A stretch of 63,303 bases of DNA, counting the filler. It is 15 parts of 15 records of this genome, joined end to end, with 100 filler letters (N's around TTAATTAATTAA, not from the genome) between each part and the next. Parts side by side here need not be neighbours in the genome. Positions count along the whole stretch, not along the records: positions 12,084 to 16,606 come from SRR7504441_55130; positions 16,707 to 20,008 come from SRR7504441_55159; positions 20,109 to 24,233 come from SRR7504441_55161; positions 24,334 to 28,264 come from SRR7504441_55681; 11 more parts are not named here. The stretch is one strand, 5' to 3'. The notes below the pieces were generated by a model. That model was given only the letters and a program-made list of their open reading frames with translations. It searched no databases and was not told the origin of the DNA. Both the position numbers and the translations under genes were made by a program. Below, one piece after another: positions 12,394-24,809 of this stretch; positions within the stretch are counted from its first letter, which is position 1, and every line of letters begins with the position of its first letter.

Positions 12394-15300
12394 ATGGAGA
12401 TAGCCGAGCGAGGCAAGCTCGCCGCGGGGAACTGGTTCACCATCCTCGTCGGCGTCGACGGCTTCGCTTACAGGTCGGCCAACCCAGCCCCGCCCGGCGG
12501 CCCGGCTGAGCCCCGTTGGCGCGCAGCTTCGGTGACGACCTGTCGGGCCAGTGCGGCCATGGCCCGGACCACCGGAACGAGTACACCTTCCCCACCAGGA
12601 TCGACTCGCTTGCCGGCCAAAAGATCGCCCAGGTGCGCTCACCTCGCGCCCGCCCCGGCCCACTGGGCTGGTCAGGTGGCTGCCGGGGCGGAGCACTCGA
12701 TGGTTCTCATGGAGGACGGCACCGTGTACGCCGCTGGCGACAATCAGCAGGGCCAGCTGGGGATCAACGAGGAAGGCGCCACCGTGCACACTCCGGTGCT
12801 CTGCGACTAATCGCTTAGCCCACGCCATGGCCGCACCGCTGAGGCCGCGGCAGGTGGCGGCTCTGGCGGGACAACGCGTGCAACAGGTGGCGTGCGGAGC
12901 AGCGCACACGATCTTCTTGCTCGAGGACGGCCAGGTGTACACCTGCGGAAGCAACGACCTGGGCCAGCTGGGCCACGGGATGAAGGACGTGATGGAGTTC
13001 CAGCCGCAGCCGATCGAGACTGCACACATCCAGGAGCAACTCGCGGGTGCCAAGTTCACATACGTGGCCGCCGGACCTCAGCACTCGGTCGCCGTGACCT
13101 CTACCGGCAAGGTGTTTGCCTGGGGCGATGTAGCCGAGGGTCAGCTCGCTCACGACCCGGGAAACAAAGCGCGCGTGCAGTATCATGTGAATGCCGAGCG
13201 GCGCTGGTGCGAAGAGAAGGCCAAGCTTGTCGAGTTTTTTGACGACAAGGACATCAAAATCAGCAAGGTGGAATGCGGCGGCGAGTGGCAAGGCTCCTCA
13301 AAGGGCGCCGGGCACACCGTGTTTGTTGACCAGGACAACCAGTGCTACACCGTCGGCTGGAACAAGCACGGGCAGCTGGCTCGCGAGACCGCCCACCGCG
13401 AGTCGACAGACATGATGATGTCCTCTCCCAGCAGCTCGCGCAGCGGCCGGCCCGACCCCGGACTCGACTCTGCCACTGCGTACTCAGAGCTTGCGCTTGA
13501 AGCCTGGGACGAGCAGCGGGCATGCACCAAAGTGAATGGTGTTACAGACGTCAAGCAAGTGTCCTGCGGGGCTGCCCACACGGCATTCCTGCTCAATGAT
13601 GGGACACTGATGACTGCTGGGCTCGAGGGCCATGGACAGCTCGGATACTCTGGCAAGTGGGGCTGTGGGGCCCAGGCAGTCTCGCTACCAGGCCGTGTGC
13701 GCGGCGTCTCGTGTGGCAGCCATCACACTGTCGCGCTGCTTGAGGACGGCCAGATCTTCATCTTTGGCGACTTTTGCAGCTCTCAAGATCATGCTGCACC
13801 AACAGCGCTGCGTGGCAATACATTCAAGTCTCCCAGCACGACAGACGCATACAGCTCCAACAAAACAGGGCGAGGCCAGCTTCACAACCTGGTCGATGAG
13901 ACGTACGATGGCGATTTCATGTCGGGCCAGCGCCATGGCAAAGGCAGGGCCACCTGGCCTGACGGGATGGCTTACGATGGAGACTGGCAAAATGACACTC
14001 GGCACGGCACAGGTGGTTGAATGCCTGGTGCTTTATCATTAATATTTTGCCTTGCAGGTGACCTGAAACTGCCAAATGGTGACGAGTACCAGGGCACATT
14101 TGAGGCTAACAACCGAACTGGCAAGGGCACATACGTGTGGTCGTCGGGTGACAAGTACGTGGGTGACTTCCGCGACAACTGTCGACATGGCCATGGGGTA
14201 TTCAGCTCTGCGGAGGGAGACGTTTACACTGGCGACTGGAAAGTTGACAAGATGGATGGCCAGGGCACCTACAACTTTGCCAATGGAGATATTTATGAAG
14301 GTGCATACAAAGAGGGGCTCATGGATGGCAAGGGCTCCTACAGCTGGAAATCGGGAGCAAAGTACACGGGTGATTACTCTGAAGACAAGCGGCATGGTCG
14401 TGGTGTCTACCAGTTCAAGTCTGGTGACAAGTATGACGGCACCTGGAATGAAAACAAGATGCATGGCCGTGGCCTATACAGCTACACCAATGGCGATGTG
14501 TATGAGGGTGACTATGCCCTCAACAAGCCCCATGGCAAGGGTACCCTGACCTGTGGAACTGGTGAGAGATATGTTGGAGATTATGTTGAAGGCAAGAAGC
14601 ACGGCCATGGCGAGTTCAACTACCCAAATGGAGCCAAGTGGACTGGAGATATGCAAGATGATATGCGGCACGGCAAGGGCACTTACATTACTGGTGATGA
14701 GAAATATGATGGCGAATTCAAGAATGACACAATGGATGGCCATGGCACTTATATCTACGCAGATGGACAATCTCACCGTGGCATGTACCGTGAGAATCAG
14801 CGGCAGGGTGAGAGTGACTCATGGATTGCTCCACCTGATGGAGAGAAGGTCTCTGGCCGCTGGTCAAAGGTTGCTGCAACAGCTCGGGGCGAATGGACAA
14901 CTGGCACTGGTGAAAAGTTTTATGGAGGGACTGGCGCTGCACCTGCTACTCAAGAGACGGTCAGCAGCAGTGCTAGCACATTTGTCGACTACCTCAACTC
15001 TGCTTGCCGACAACTGACATCTCTGGATGAAGCTACCAAAGCGGAGGGTGAGGCTGTGAAGGACTACAAAGCACACCTGGCTACACTGCAGGCTGCTGCC
15101 AAATCTGAAGCCATTTCTGCACACGAGCTGATTGCCATCACTACCTCACTGCGAGCGCAGCTGATGCTGTACATCAAGAAGGACTCTTCGCATGTGAGTC
15201 CTCTAATTGCCATTCTGGAGATTATCAACAAGCTGTGTGTTGTTGCCATCTGCATGGATGTGATGCACACCGTGCCTTCACTCATGAACGCTGCACAGGA

Positions 15301-16606
15301 TGTGTCTGGAAAGCTCCGAGACTCCTCTAGCCTGCGTCAGCATGTGGTCGGATTCAATCGTGTCCAGTCGCAGCTCCGGCAGTACACAGCTCAGGGTGCA
15401 TGGCCCAACATGGAAGCCATATTTGCTGAGGCTGAAAGCCGAGCACAGTCAATGATGTGGGAGAAGCTAGAGGTTGCCATGTCTGAAGTTCTCCAAGTAC
15501 CAAGCCAAACATCAGGCGTTTCCTCCTTCACTTCGTCGCTTGATCAGCTGATTGTTGATGAGCGTGTGTGTGAAATTCTGATTGGGCACCGTAGGGCGCG
15601 GGCACTGCTTGTGAGGCTCCTGGAAGCCCATAGGCGCGAAGTGCCAGTCCTCGTTTCCTTGTTGGAGGTGATTGAGCTGATTCTGGGAGGTTCAGTGACT
15701 ATGGAGCAACTTGAGAACGCCTTGGACAATGGCAAGAAGAATCTGGTGCACTCCTTGAGGGGAGAAGGCCTTCGGCAAGAGGCCAATGATGCTGATCAGG
15801 TCCTCATGCTGATCCAAGTTGCTGTTGATGCAATTAAAGCTGCCCAAGGGCGGAAATCCAAGACTCAATCACTGGAGGAGCTGCAAGAGCGTATTCGACT
15901 TGGGCTGGCACGTCAGCTTGACAAGCCAACCATGCAACGTACAATCAGAGATGGTCAGGCTATGTTCCCCAAGTTGTCTGCTCCTGAAGACGAGCAGATG
16001 GAGAACGATGTTCAAGAACTTATGAAGATTCTCCGTGAAATGAACAAGCCACGCCCCATGCCTGCTGGAGGCACTGGAACTGAGACCTATGACGGACAAT
16101 ACCTCTCCGGGAAGAAGCATGGCACAGGGTCGTATGTTGCAGCCAATGGTGAGACATATTCTGGTGAATGGGTTGACAATCTTCGCCACGGCGGTGGCAA
16201 CTGGAGCTCACCTAATGGGGAGTCATACAAGGGCGCCTGGGTAGAGGACAAGCGTGAAGGGCAAGGATCGTGGCAAGATGGCAAGGGAGAGACCTACGTT
16301 GGACAGTGGGTAGGAAATCAGCGCCATGGCGAAGGCAACTGGACAACGATTGAAGGAGAGAGCTACAAAGGCACTTGGAGCAACAACAAGCGGAATGGTG
16401 AGGGAACCAATGAGTCATCTACAGAAACGTACACTGGTGGATGGTGGGAGGATATGAGAGATGGAGAAGGCTCATGGAAGGCAGACACTAGTGAGACCTA
16501 TCATGGAGGCTGGCGCCGGGACAAACGTGAAGGCTTTGGCACATGGGTGGGAGCAAATGGTGACAAGTATGTGGGACAGTGGGATTCAAATGAGAAGCAT
16601 GGTGAG
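12394..16606 (+). CDS. RCC1-repeat beta-propeller + MORN-repeat protein with central helical region (3' truncated)
   Basis: RCC1 repeats (VACGAAHTIFL...VYTCGSNDLGQLG) and many YxGxW/F...xHGxG MORN repeats. Four GT-AG introns of 43-58 nt join the ORFs. Confidence 0.92.
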
Positions 16607-17189
16607 NNNNNNNNNNNNNNNNNNNNNNNNNNNNNNNNNNNNNNNNNNNNTTAATTAATTAANNNNNNNNNNNNNNNNNNNNNNNNNNNNNNNNNNNNNN
16701 NNNNNNTCCGAGATGCTCCAGACTCTGATGGGCAAGAAGGGGAAGGACCTGGACTGCACTATCGAAACTATGCAAATACCGTTGATCGGAGTCCAATACC
16801 GTTTGCCCGACGGCTGCCCATGCAACCATACCCGACAATGCCAGAGTAACAAGTGAGTGCCCTATCTTAGCAGGCTGACGCATTGATTGCTCGGCCACAG
16901 CTGCAATGAGGATCAAGGTGCAATGATTTGCAATGAGGCCGAGGTGGATGATACGATCGTGTTCCGCTGATTTCGCTTTCAATTGGGATAATGATTTGAT
17001 TAAGCGCATAATTATTTTACTTAATTAACACATACGAATGCCTAGGTATACTTCTGTAATACTTCTGGTCAAAACAACACCAATGCGGCGAGACCATGCA
17101 CGCGGAGCACGGCAAACAAGTCGGCCTCCCCAAATGCTTGATTCGATATCAATACCTCAGTCTAGGTGCTCGAGCGCTACTCGAGTGCT

Positions 17190-18794
17190 CTACCAGAAGA
17201 AGTCGCGGTGCCCGAGGAAGTTTGGTACCCTACTGGGCCGTTGCTCTTGCACGGCCCGGGTGGGCACGGTGATCAGGAGCACCCCGTTCTTCTCCAGGCT
17301 CGAGCTGATGAGCGAGGGCAGCGTCCCAACCGGCAGCTCAAACTGCTCCGCGAATTGGCCGTATTGGCCGGAGAGCATGTGCAGCACCACCTCCACGTCG
17401 TCCATCACCTCCGACAGCCCGGCCGGCATCCGGGCCCGGTACCCGTCAACAGACTCGGCCATCCGCTGCAGATCGGCCGGCTTGGGCAGGCAGCAGCCCT
17501 GCACAAGGAGCTGCCGGTGGTCCTCAGATACTTGAACCTGCAGCTGTTCGTATTCGAGCCCATCCAGCGTGCTCGACAAGTACCACTTGAGCTCGCCAGT
17601 GGGGGTCCGCTTCTTGCTGACGTCGAATTTGGGCCGGAGCCGCAGGCTGGGCACTCTCTCGGCCACAGCACTGCACACCTCGGCCTGATGCTGCTTAAGC
17701 TGCTCTGCCATCATCAGATCCTTTTGCGCCACTGCCGCCTTCTCGGCCTCGGCCTGGGCCGCCACTGTGGCCGCCAACTTCTCGTGAAGCGGCTGGAGCT
17801 TTTCTGCCACCCTATCCACCTCGTCGATCAAGCTTTGGATGTGCTTTACTTGTGTCTTCCTCTTTGGCTTATCCTGCGCCGCCCGCAGCACCACGGAGTC
17901 CAACTTTAGCAGGTCCTGCATCAGGCCCTCCCCAAAGTACCGGCACTTGTACTGCAGCTTTTCCACCAACGCCAGCGCCTCCGCCGCGTGCTGGCTGCTC
18001 TCAGGGTCTGGTAGCTCGGCAACCATCGACTCGAGGTGGTGCACCTGCGCCTCGCGCTGCTCCAGCTGCTGCCCTATCTGCTCCACCAGCTGCACCGCGA
18101 TCCGCTGCGAGTCCGATCGTTCGAGCGCGGTTGATTCCATGTGCTCCGGCACTCGCGACGGGTTTGCAGACCTGAAGCCAGACGGCTGCTCAGGCGCCTC
18201 AGAGAACTCCCCGAAGGGCGCCTGCTCGAGCGCCTGCCGGCCGGTCCGGATCTGCCGGAGGGCGTCGGCCAGCAGCTCGGAGCTGACCGAGCCTTGTCCG
18301 ACCTGCTCGGCCAGCTCGGCCAGCTTGGACGCCTCTTGCCGGAGCATCTCGCTGGCCTGAGGGCCGCTCAGCCCGTTGGGGATAGCCTCCTCGGGCGGCG
18401 TGTACGGCTCCTGTGCCTGGGATCGCCGCCCGAGCAGCGCGGCGCTCAGCCCGCACACGAATAGCTCCGGGTCCTCGCGCACGGCGTTGGTGCCCCGCCT
18501 GAATGCATCATGCAGGTATTTGTGACCTCGCGACCAGGAGCCCTGGGGCAGCTCTGGCTGCTCAGACAAGGCCGCTCGGGCCGCAGCGCGCAGGAAGGGC
18601 TTGGCCTCGTCGAGCGGGACCGGCAGGCTAACTTGGCCCTTCTGGTACTTGGGCAACTGCCAGAATCCTGCCAGGCGCTGGGCTAGGACTTCCACCAAAG
18701 CCTCCTCGGGCGCGTCGGGGTAGTAGCTGCAAAAGAGCTCAGGCCGACCGGGCACGCCGCACCCGGGGTCCTCCTTGTCCTCCTCCATTGCCAT
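17190..18794 (-). CDS. BAG-domain + alpha-crystallin (HSP20-like) domain fusion protein, intronless
   Basis: BAG: FGEGLMQDLLKLDSV...KPKRKTQVKHIQSLIDEVD. Alpha-crystallin domain: PKFDV...LDGLEYEQLQVQVSEDHRQLLVQG...YGQFAEQFELP...ISSSLEKNGVLLITVP. First ATG at 18794. Confidence 0.8.
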   Translation of the reverse strand: MAMEEDKEDPGCGVPGRPELFCSYYPDAPEEALVEVLAQRLAGFWQLPKYQKGQVSLPVPLDEAKPFLRAAARAALSEQPELPQGSWSRGHKYLHDAFRRGTNAVREDPELFVCGLSAALLGRRSQAQEPYTPPEEAIPNGLSGPQASEMLRQEASKLAELAEQVGQGSVSSELLADALRQIRTGRQALEQAPFGEFSEAPEQPSGFRSANPSRVPEHMESTALERSDSQRIAVQLVEQIGQQLEQREAQVHHLESMVAELPDPESSQHAAEALALVEKLQYKCRYFGEGLMQDLLKLDSVVLRAAQDKPKRKTQVKHIQSLIDEVDRVAEKLQPLHEKLAATVAAQAEAEKAAVAQKDLMMAEQLKQHQAEVCSAVAERVPSLRLRPKFDVSKKRTPTGELKWYLSSTLDGLEYEQLQVQVSEDHRQLLVQGCCLPKPADLQRMAESVDGYRARMPAGLSEVMDDVEVVLHMLSGQYGQFAEQFELPVGTLPSLISSSLEKNGVLLITVPTRAVQEQRPSRVPNFLGHRDFFW

Positions 18795-19744
18795 CGGCTC
18801 TCTGCGTGGCCGCTTCTCCGCCGGCTTCTCCAGCGAGGTTGAGGCACCGGTGTGTGCCGGTAATATGTCCGTTACATTTGCTGGGAGAGATAAGCAGCTA
18901 GCTGCTGATAAGCGGTTGAGGGCTCCGATCGCACGATCGGCCGGCCTTCGCTCCCGGTGAGTGCTCACCGCGTGTGCTTACTAGAGCACCAGCAGCACCG
19001 TGCTTGAGATATGAATTCAAAGTTGTTATAGACCACCGATCAGAGTCAGCTTCATCGCCATGTTCTGGCCATGTTCATGGGTGACCGGGGCTCGAGCAGG
19101 TTGGCTCACATGCGTCGGGTTCTTGCTCTCTTGCTTGGCCTGTGTTTGCTTAGCATCTCGATCTTGTGGACAGATCCTGACCGCAGCCTCTGAGCGGCCC
19201 GCGCGCTTTGTTGTCTGTGCCGCCCGGCTGGGCGGCATTCCGCTGTGCGCAAGCGGAAGCAAGTGGCAACGAAGATGCTTCAAATGCAGCGACCAAGATG
19301 CAGGCTGAGGCGGAGCGATTGCTTGATTTATCGACCATGGCCCTCGTGCAACTGGATGAAGAGGAAAATGATAATCTGTTGTCCTCGCCTGGAGTCAAGA
19401 CAAAGGTTGGAGGTGGTGACATAGCTATCGTATCGTCCACTGGGATGGATAATTGGGCGAGACGTGTGCGACGGGCGCGCAGAATGAGTAAGGGTGGCCC
19501 CGAGAGGGACAGGCCAGAGGATCGCGCTGTTGACTGGATCACAGAAAGCTGAAATTGGCATTTGTCTCCAAGAAACACAGGATAATAGACAGGCTGACTC
19601 GCCCCAGGGTGACGAGCAGGAGCAAACACGACTACTCATAGGCCAGAATTCCGCAATGATGGGAGGGCTGCGCGAGGTGAAGAAGCAAGGGGCTGTCGGA
19701 GTGCTGAGGCAGGTTGTGGGAGCGGTAGCAGTGCAGGCACCAAA

Positions 19745-20008
19745 CCTGTCGCCGGAGGCGTCGTAAGCCTTTGCAAACGCACCCATCTTGTTAAAATAGG
19801 CGGTATACCAGCCGCCCCCCGCGCCCATATCGCCGATGGTGGTGCCAGCGCCGCCGAGTACGGACAGCAGCGCTGGGGCGAGCTCCGTGTCCATCCCAGC
19901 GTATCCCTCGCTGTTGCAGTATCCACCGGTGGGCAGCTGGCTGTGTGTCTTGCACCACTCCTGATCTTCCTGGGACATCTCGCCTCGCCTCTCCTCGGGC
20001 TTATCGCC
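19745..20008 (-). CDS. Class I SAM-dependent methyltransferase fragment (5' truncated, 3' continuation unclear)
   Basis: TIGDMGAGGGWY (motif I) followed by AKAYDAS; the frame loses coding character afterwards. Confidence 0.5.
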
Positions 20009-20586
20009 NNNNNNNNNNNNNNNNNNNNNNNNNNNNNNNNNNNNNNNNNNNNTTAATTAATTAANNNNNNNNNNNNNNNNNNNNNNNNNNNNNNNNNNNN
20101 NNNNNNNNGTCGTCCGGGGATATTTCACACGGCCGAGTCTTGACCACGACGGCAGACAAACCCTTAGCGCCAACGCCAAGATGAATGGTTTGTTGGAACG
20201 CCTGGTCGACGTCTTCTGCCTAGAGCGCGACAGCATGTTTGGAATGTATGCTTGCATTGCATTGACGACTTTGCCTCCCAGACAAGGTGCACCTTCACGC
20301 GTCTGTCGCGACTCCCCTTGCCCGAACCGGCTACTCGTGGCAGCAATGGGAAGAACACTGCGATTGGCGCGAGACCTATGAAAAATTGAAAATGAAGACG
20401 TCCGACAAGAGCTCGTCCGGCAGTTCAACGACCAGTGTGCACAGGGTGAATACTTGGACCTGTCTGTGAGCATGGCCAATTACTGCCAGGAGCAGAACGA
20501 CAGAGCCATCCGTGAGGACGCCAGAGGGATATTTTTCGGGCGACAACAACAGCAAGACGGTTGGGATTATTATTGAGCGAGCCCAA

Positions 20587-21044
20587 ATGTCGATGCGGAT
20601 CCTGGTGGTGGGGGTCGTGCTGGCGGCGCTGGTAGCGTGCGCCTCGGCAGGTCGGGGGTCGGCGGCCGGGCCGATCTGAACCCGGGCGGGCAGCTGGCGG
20701 GCCGGAACTGGCGGCGCAGGCCGAGCACCACGCCAAGGTGGCGGAGGCCGAGGCCGCCCAAGCCAGGCAGGAGGAGGCCAGCGCTGTGAAGCACACCGAG
20801 GAGCTCAAGGTCCGCGCGCCCAGCCCGGTGCCTGAACGTCCGCAGGGGCTGGCGAGCGAGGCCAAACAAACCGCCGGGACGGTGGAGGCGATGGCTCGGC
20901 AGGCCGACAAGTCGCTAAACCAGATGCGCGGATACAAGGACCAGGCGAGTCGGGCTGGGGGGCGGGGGGCGAGCGCCGGGGCAGGTGGGACAGCTGGCGG
21001 AGCAAGCCGAGAAGGTGGTCAAAGATCTGTCTCCGGATGTTTAG
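20587..21044 (+). CDS. Small secreted Ala/Glu/Gln-rich coiled-coil protein
   Basis: Signal peptide MSMRILVVGVVLAALVACASA. Introns 20651-20693 (GT), 20810-20845 (GT) and 20945-20984 (GC-AG) give a continuous frame to TAG 21042-21044. Confidence 0.65.
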
Positions 21045-21173
21045 TAAACCTCGGGGAGTTGCCAAGTCTATACGAGTGCGCGGGCGCCTTATGATTCGAG
21101 TCTACACTCGTTATGTACGAGTCTATGAACTCTTCATTACAACCATGCGCATCTATTCTATTTGATATACAAT

Positions 21174-24100
21174 CTACCGCCTAGATATGTGTGAGGACGT
21201 GGTAGCTATCCACGCCTTGCTTCGTAGCCTCAGCATCCACTTGATCGAAGAATCGACGCAATTGTGTAGTCTGTCACCCCAACATAGGTTAGTCCCTAGA
21301 CATGCAAGGGGCGCGTACAGAGTCCGCAGCAGTCTGCAGGTCCATGTCGTCCGCAAGCTTGATCCGTAGCAACTTGCGCATCATTCTCACCCCTGCGCAC
21401 CACCATCCTAAGCCGAAGCTCGATCGCAACGCACCTTCGCCCAGCTCGTGCTGCTGGTCCTCAGACAGCTTCCCATCCAGCGTGGCCCCGGGACTGCTCG
21501 CCTCCACATACCCATAGATCCCGTCGCCGCCCACAGCCACCTCCGACGCATCCTGCACCCCACCTGAGCGGCACGGACCAGCCGCGCACTTGCCTTCGGA
21601 CCAGACGGCTGGAGCAATCGGAGCACTTTGGCTTGCGACATGCCCAGCTTATCCGAGACGGTCTCGACCTTCTTGAGCAAGATCTGCGCGTCCACAACCT
21701 GCCGGCCAGCTCAGCCGAGCACGCCGCCGGGGCCGCCTGCTTCTTGACTGCCCGCAGCTGCTCGGCCGAGGTGATCTCGGATCTTAGCACGAGCGAGGCC
21801 TCGGCCCACCTCTTGGCCCACTCCTCGCTCTCCGGCCCACCCGACTCCTCCAGACTGTCGTTCGAGTCGTCCATCTGTTCCCTGATTGAGTCGATCTCGA
21901 GCATCGACGACAGCAGCGCCATTTCATCGTCGTCGTCGTCACTCAGCGCCTGCTCGGCCTCATCAGGCACCGGTGCGATCTTGATCTCGGCAGGCCGCCC
22001 GCCCGTCCACGCGTTTGATATCCCACGGGCCGGCGACCGCTTCGGGTCGTCCAGCTCACCAGACGGCTCCGGCACTGGAATCGGCACCACCGGCGGCAGC
22101 TGGGCCGTCTCGATGGCAGCTTTGGCCAGTTCGCGCTCCGCGGCCTGTTGGAATAGGAAAGTGCTCGATGAGTCGAGACTGGCTGTCACATCCACCGACA
22201 GCTCTTTCCTCCGGGATGGCCGAGGCTGCGGCCACTCGGGCGGCGGCGCGATCGGCGGGTTGGCGTTGAGCGCCTGCTCGTGCGCGTGGGACATGAGCGG
22301 GTCGGGTCGGATCTGCTTGCCGTATTCCTGTGGGAAGTCCCAGCTGCTCTTATTGGCGAGCGACTGGTTTAGGTCCATTGCATTAATTGCCTGCTCGAGC
22401 GTCGGGTCCGCCAGATGGATCAGAGTCGAGTTTATCTGGTGGGCCAGCAGCGGGTCCACCATCTGTGAGGCCGAGTCGAGAGACTTCTCGATCGCAGATT
22501 CTTGCAAGTACTGTCGGGATCGCCGGATGACTGGCGAGTCTGGCTCGACGCTGTCCATAGCATATACCGTCTCCCCTGTGGGCGGTCGCCGCCAGCCGCT
22601 CGCGAGCGGGCAAGGGGTGCTGCCCCGGTCTCTCCCGGTGGGCGGGTTGCCTAGCACGCTCCGGCTCGGCATGCTGGGGCTGCTGACCTCCCTTTGGACC
22701 GCGTGGTGCGTGGGCGGCCGCGCCTGCACAGGCTGGGCAGGCTCTCTCTCGGCTACCGACCGGCGCCCAGACAGAGGCATCGGTGGCGCCTCGGGCTCGG
22801 CTGCCGGGGCATGTATAGGTGGTGAGCGCGGCTGATGGATTGGCGGCGACGACGGAGCAGCTGGCGGCGCGTGTATGGGCGGTGAATTTTGGCGGACCTG
22901 GTGGATCGGCGGCGAGGCTGGTGCTGACTGGACTGGTCTACCTCCTGGGGGGGTGCGTGGCTCCGGGCTCCGGCTATTGGACTCCTCGATCCTATACCGC
23001 CTCTCGAGCTCCATCTGCTCCCGCCGGACCCGCTCGTCATCGAGCCTGCCACCGCCGCTCAGCCACAACACCCCCACCGGCTCACCGGTCCAAACGCTTC
23101 TGCTCGTCCTCCTGCGCCTTCTTCCGACGCTGCGCGTCGGCCGCCTGCTCTAAAGCTTGGTTCTGCCAATACTTGTTCCGGGCCATCCGCTCATTCTGCT
23201 CCTCCTCGGCGGTAAGCCCGGTCCCCATGTCCTTGTTCTTGAGCCGCTGCTGATCAAGCGCCTCCCAGCTTGGCACGGCCTCTTGCTGCTCGAGGCTCGG
23301 GAACAGCTCAGCCGCTGAAGGGTACACTGGCGGCGGCGGAGGCTCGTCGGCGGGCATTGGCAGGTCGTCAAAGTAAGATTTGCGCTCCTGCTGCTGCCGC
23401 TTCCTCCGGTTCTCGTTCTCGGCCATCTGTTCCTTCAGTATTCGAGCTTGCTCTTGCTGTTTCCGCCGACGCTCCTGTGCCAGCAATCAAGCCGCTACTC
23501 CGCAGGCTATTGCACCTCCTTCTCCTCGTCCTCGGAGAGCCCAGCCACCAGTCCTTTGTTCCGCCACCGGTCGCCCACCGCCGGTTGGGCCCGGTCGCCG
23601 GATGGCCCACCCTCCAAGTCCGAGCTGCTAGATCTGCCAGGCAGCATTCTATTCCCGATTCCCCACTGCGGCCTGTCTGGATCAGCCGCAGGCGCCGGCT
23701 CGGCTGCCTTGTAGTCCAGCTGCGACGCGCCTGTCCCGGCCACGCTCGCTGTCCGCCTGGCCAGGCCCGGACCTGACAGCTCGTGTGCTCGGTAATCGCC
23801 TGCAAGTCGATGCCTAGGCGGGTCAACCTCCAAAGCAGCCGGCCCACCCGCAGCCATTGCCTCGAGCTCGGCCAGCGAGGCGTTCCTGAGTTTGGCCTCG
23901 AGCAGCTCTAGCTGGTGCATCGATTCGTTGGAGTACAGCGGCTGTGGCACAGTACTCCCGAGCTCATACGCCGCTGGCTGGTGTATGTCTTTAAGCCGCC
24001 CGTGCACCGGGGGCGGCATCGGAGGCAGCGGCTCCAGATTCCGTTGCTCCAGCAGCTCAGAATGCGCCGCCCGACCAGGCCGGCGGGCGTCAGCAGCGGC

Positions 24101-24233
24101 CTGTCGTTCGGCCATTTGCATTTGGAGCTCTTGTTGATACTTGCGCTGCTTGGCTAGTTTCGACTCCCTTTCCTCAGCGAAGCCAAGGCCCGGCAAAACT
24201 CCCTGTGACCCGCCACTGCGCGCCACTGGCTCT
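21174..24233 (-). CDS. Large coiled-coil / low-complexity protein (weak CSPP1/CCDC66-like repeats), 5' truncated
   Basis: Consecutive minus-strand ORFs separated by short introns; repeated 'KQRKYQQELQMQMAER' / 'ARILKEQMAENENRRK' helices. Confidence 0.6.
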
Positions 24234-24334
24234 NNNNNNNNNNNNNNNNNNNNNNNNNNNNNNNNNNNNNNNNNNNNTTAATTAATTAANNNNNNNNNNN
24301 NNNNNNNNNNNNNNNNNNNNNNNNNNNNNNNNNT

Positions 24335-24472
24335 CAAGTACGTCTGCTAGAGGTTTATGGGTACAGGGCCTTTTACCGCACCGAGCTCACCGAGGTCTGC
24401 GTCCCGGATGGCTGCAAGGTGCACAAAAACGCCTTCACCGAAGCGGTGGCGGTCAAGTACGGCAACTGTTGA
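24335..24472 (+). CDS. 3' end of a BspA-type leucine-rich repeat protein
   Basis: Translates LLEVYGYRAFYRTELTEVCVPDGCKVHKNAF...*, which fits the BspA/LRR_5 pattern (IGxxAFxxxxLxxVxIP). Confidence 0.5.
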   Translation, partial: QVRLLEVYGYRAFYRTELTEVCVPDGCKVHKNAFTEAVAVKYGNC

Positions 24473-24809
24473 TTCATTTTGAGTCGAGATCCAGCTATAG
24501 GGCTATACAACCCAGCTGCAGCCCTTCTAGTGCAAGACTCGGGGTGCGGCTTTGGAGTTTTAGGCTAAGGTAGTGTCGATTTGTCCAACTGATCATGTCA
24601 GAATGATACTAACAATTACAGCCTTTATTAAATGCGCAACATCTATTCGATCTATGCCATTCGTGCTATTTCACAATGCTAGCTACAGTACTCGTAAGAA
24701 GCTCGCATTCATGAATAGCTTCCAAGGGCAACTAAAGGGCAACTGCACCTCACCATTCATGAGTTGATTATTAATTAATCAACGAGCATATTAAGAAATG
24801 CACGCCGAC

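Noticed and set aside
21633-22835. Long antisense ORFs (also 26457-27425, 28541-29692, 47220-48023, 59960-61006)
   Set aside because: Shadow ORFs expected opposite GC-rich coding sequence; Ser/Ala/Arg-rich with no motifs.
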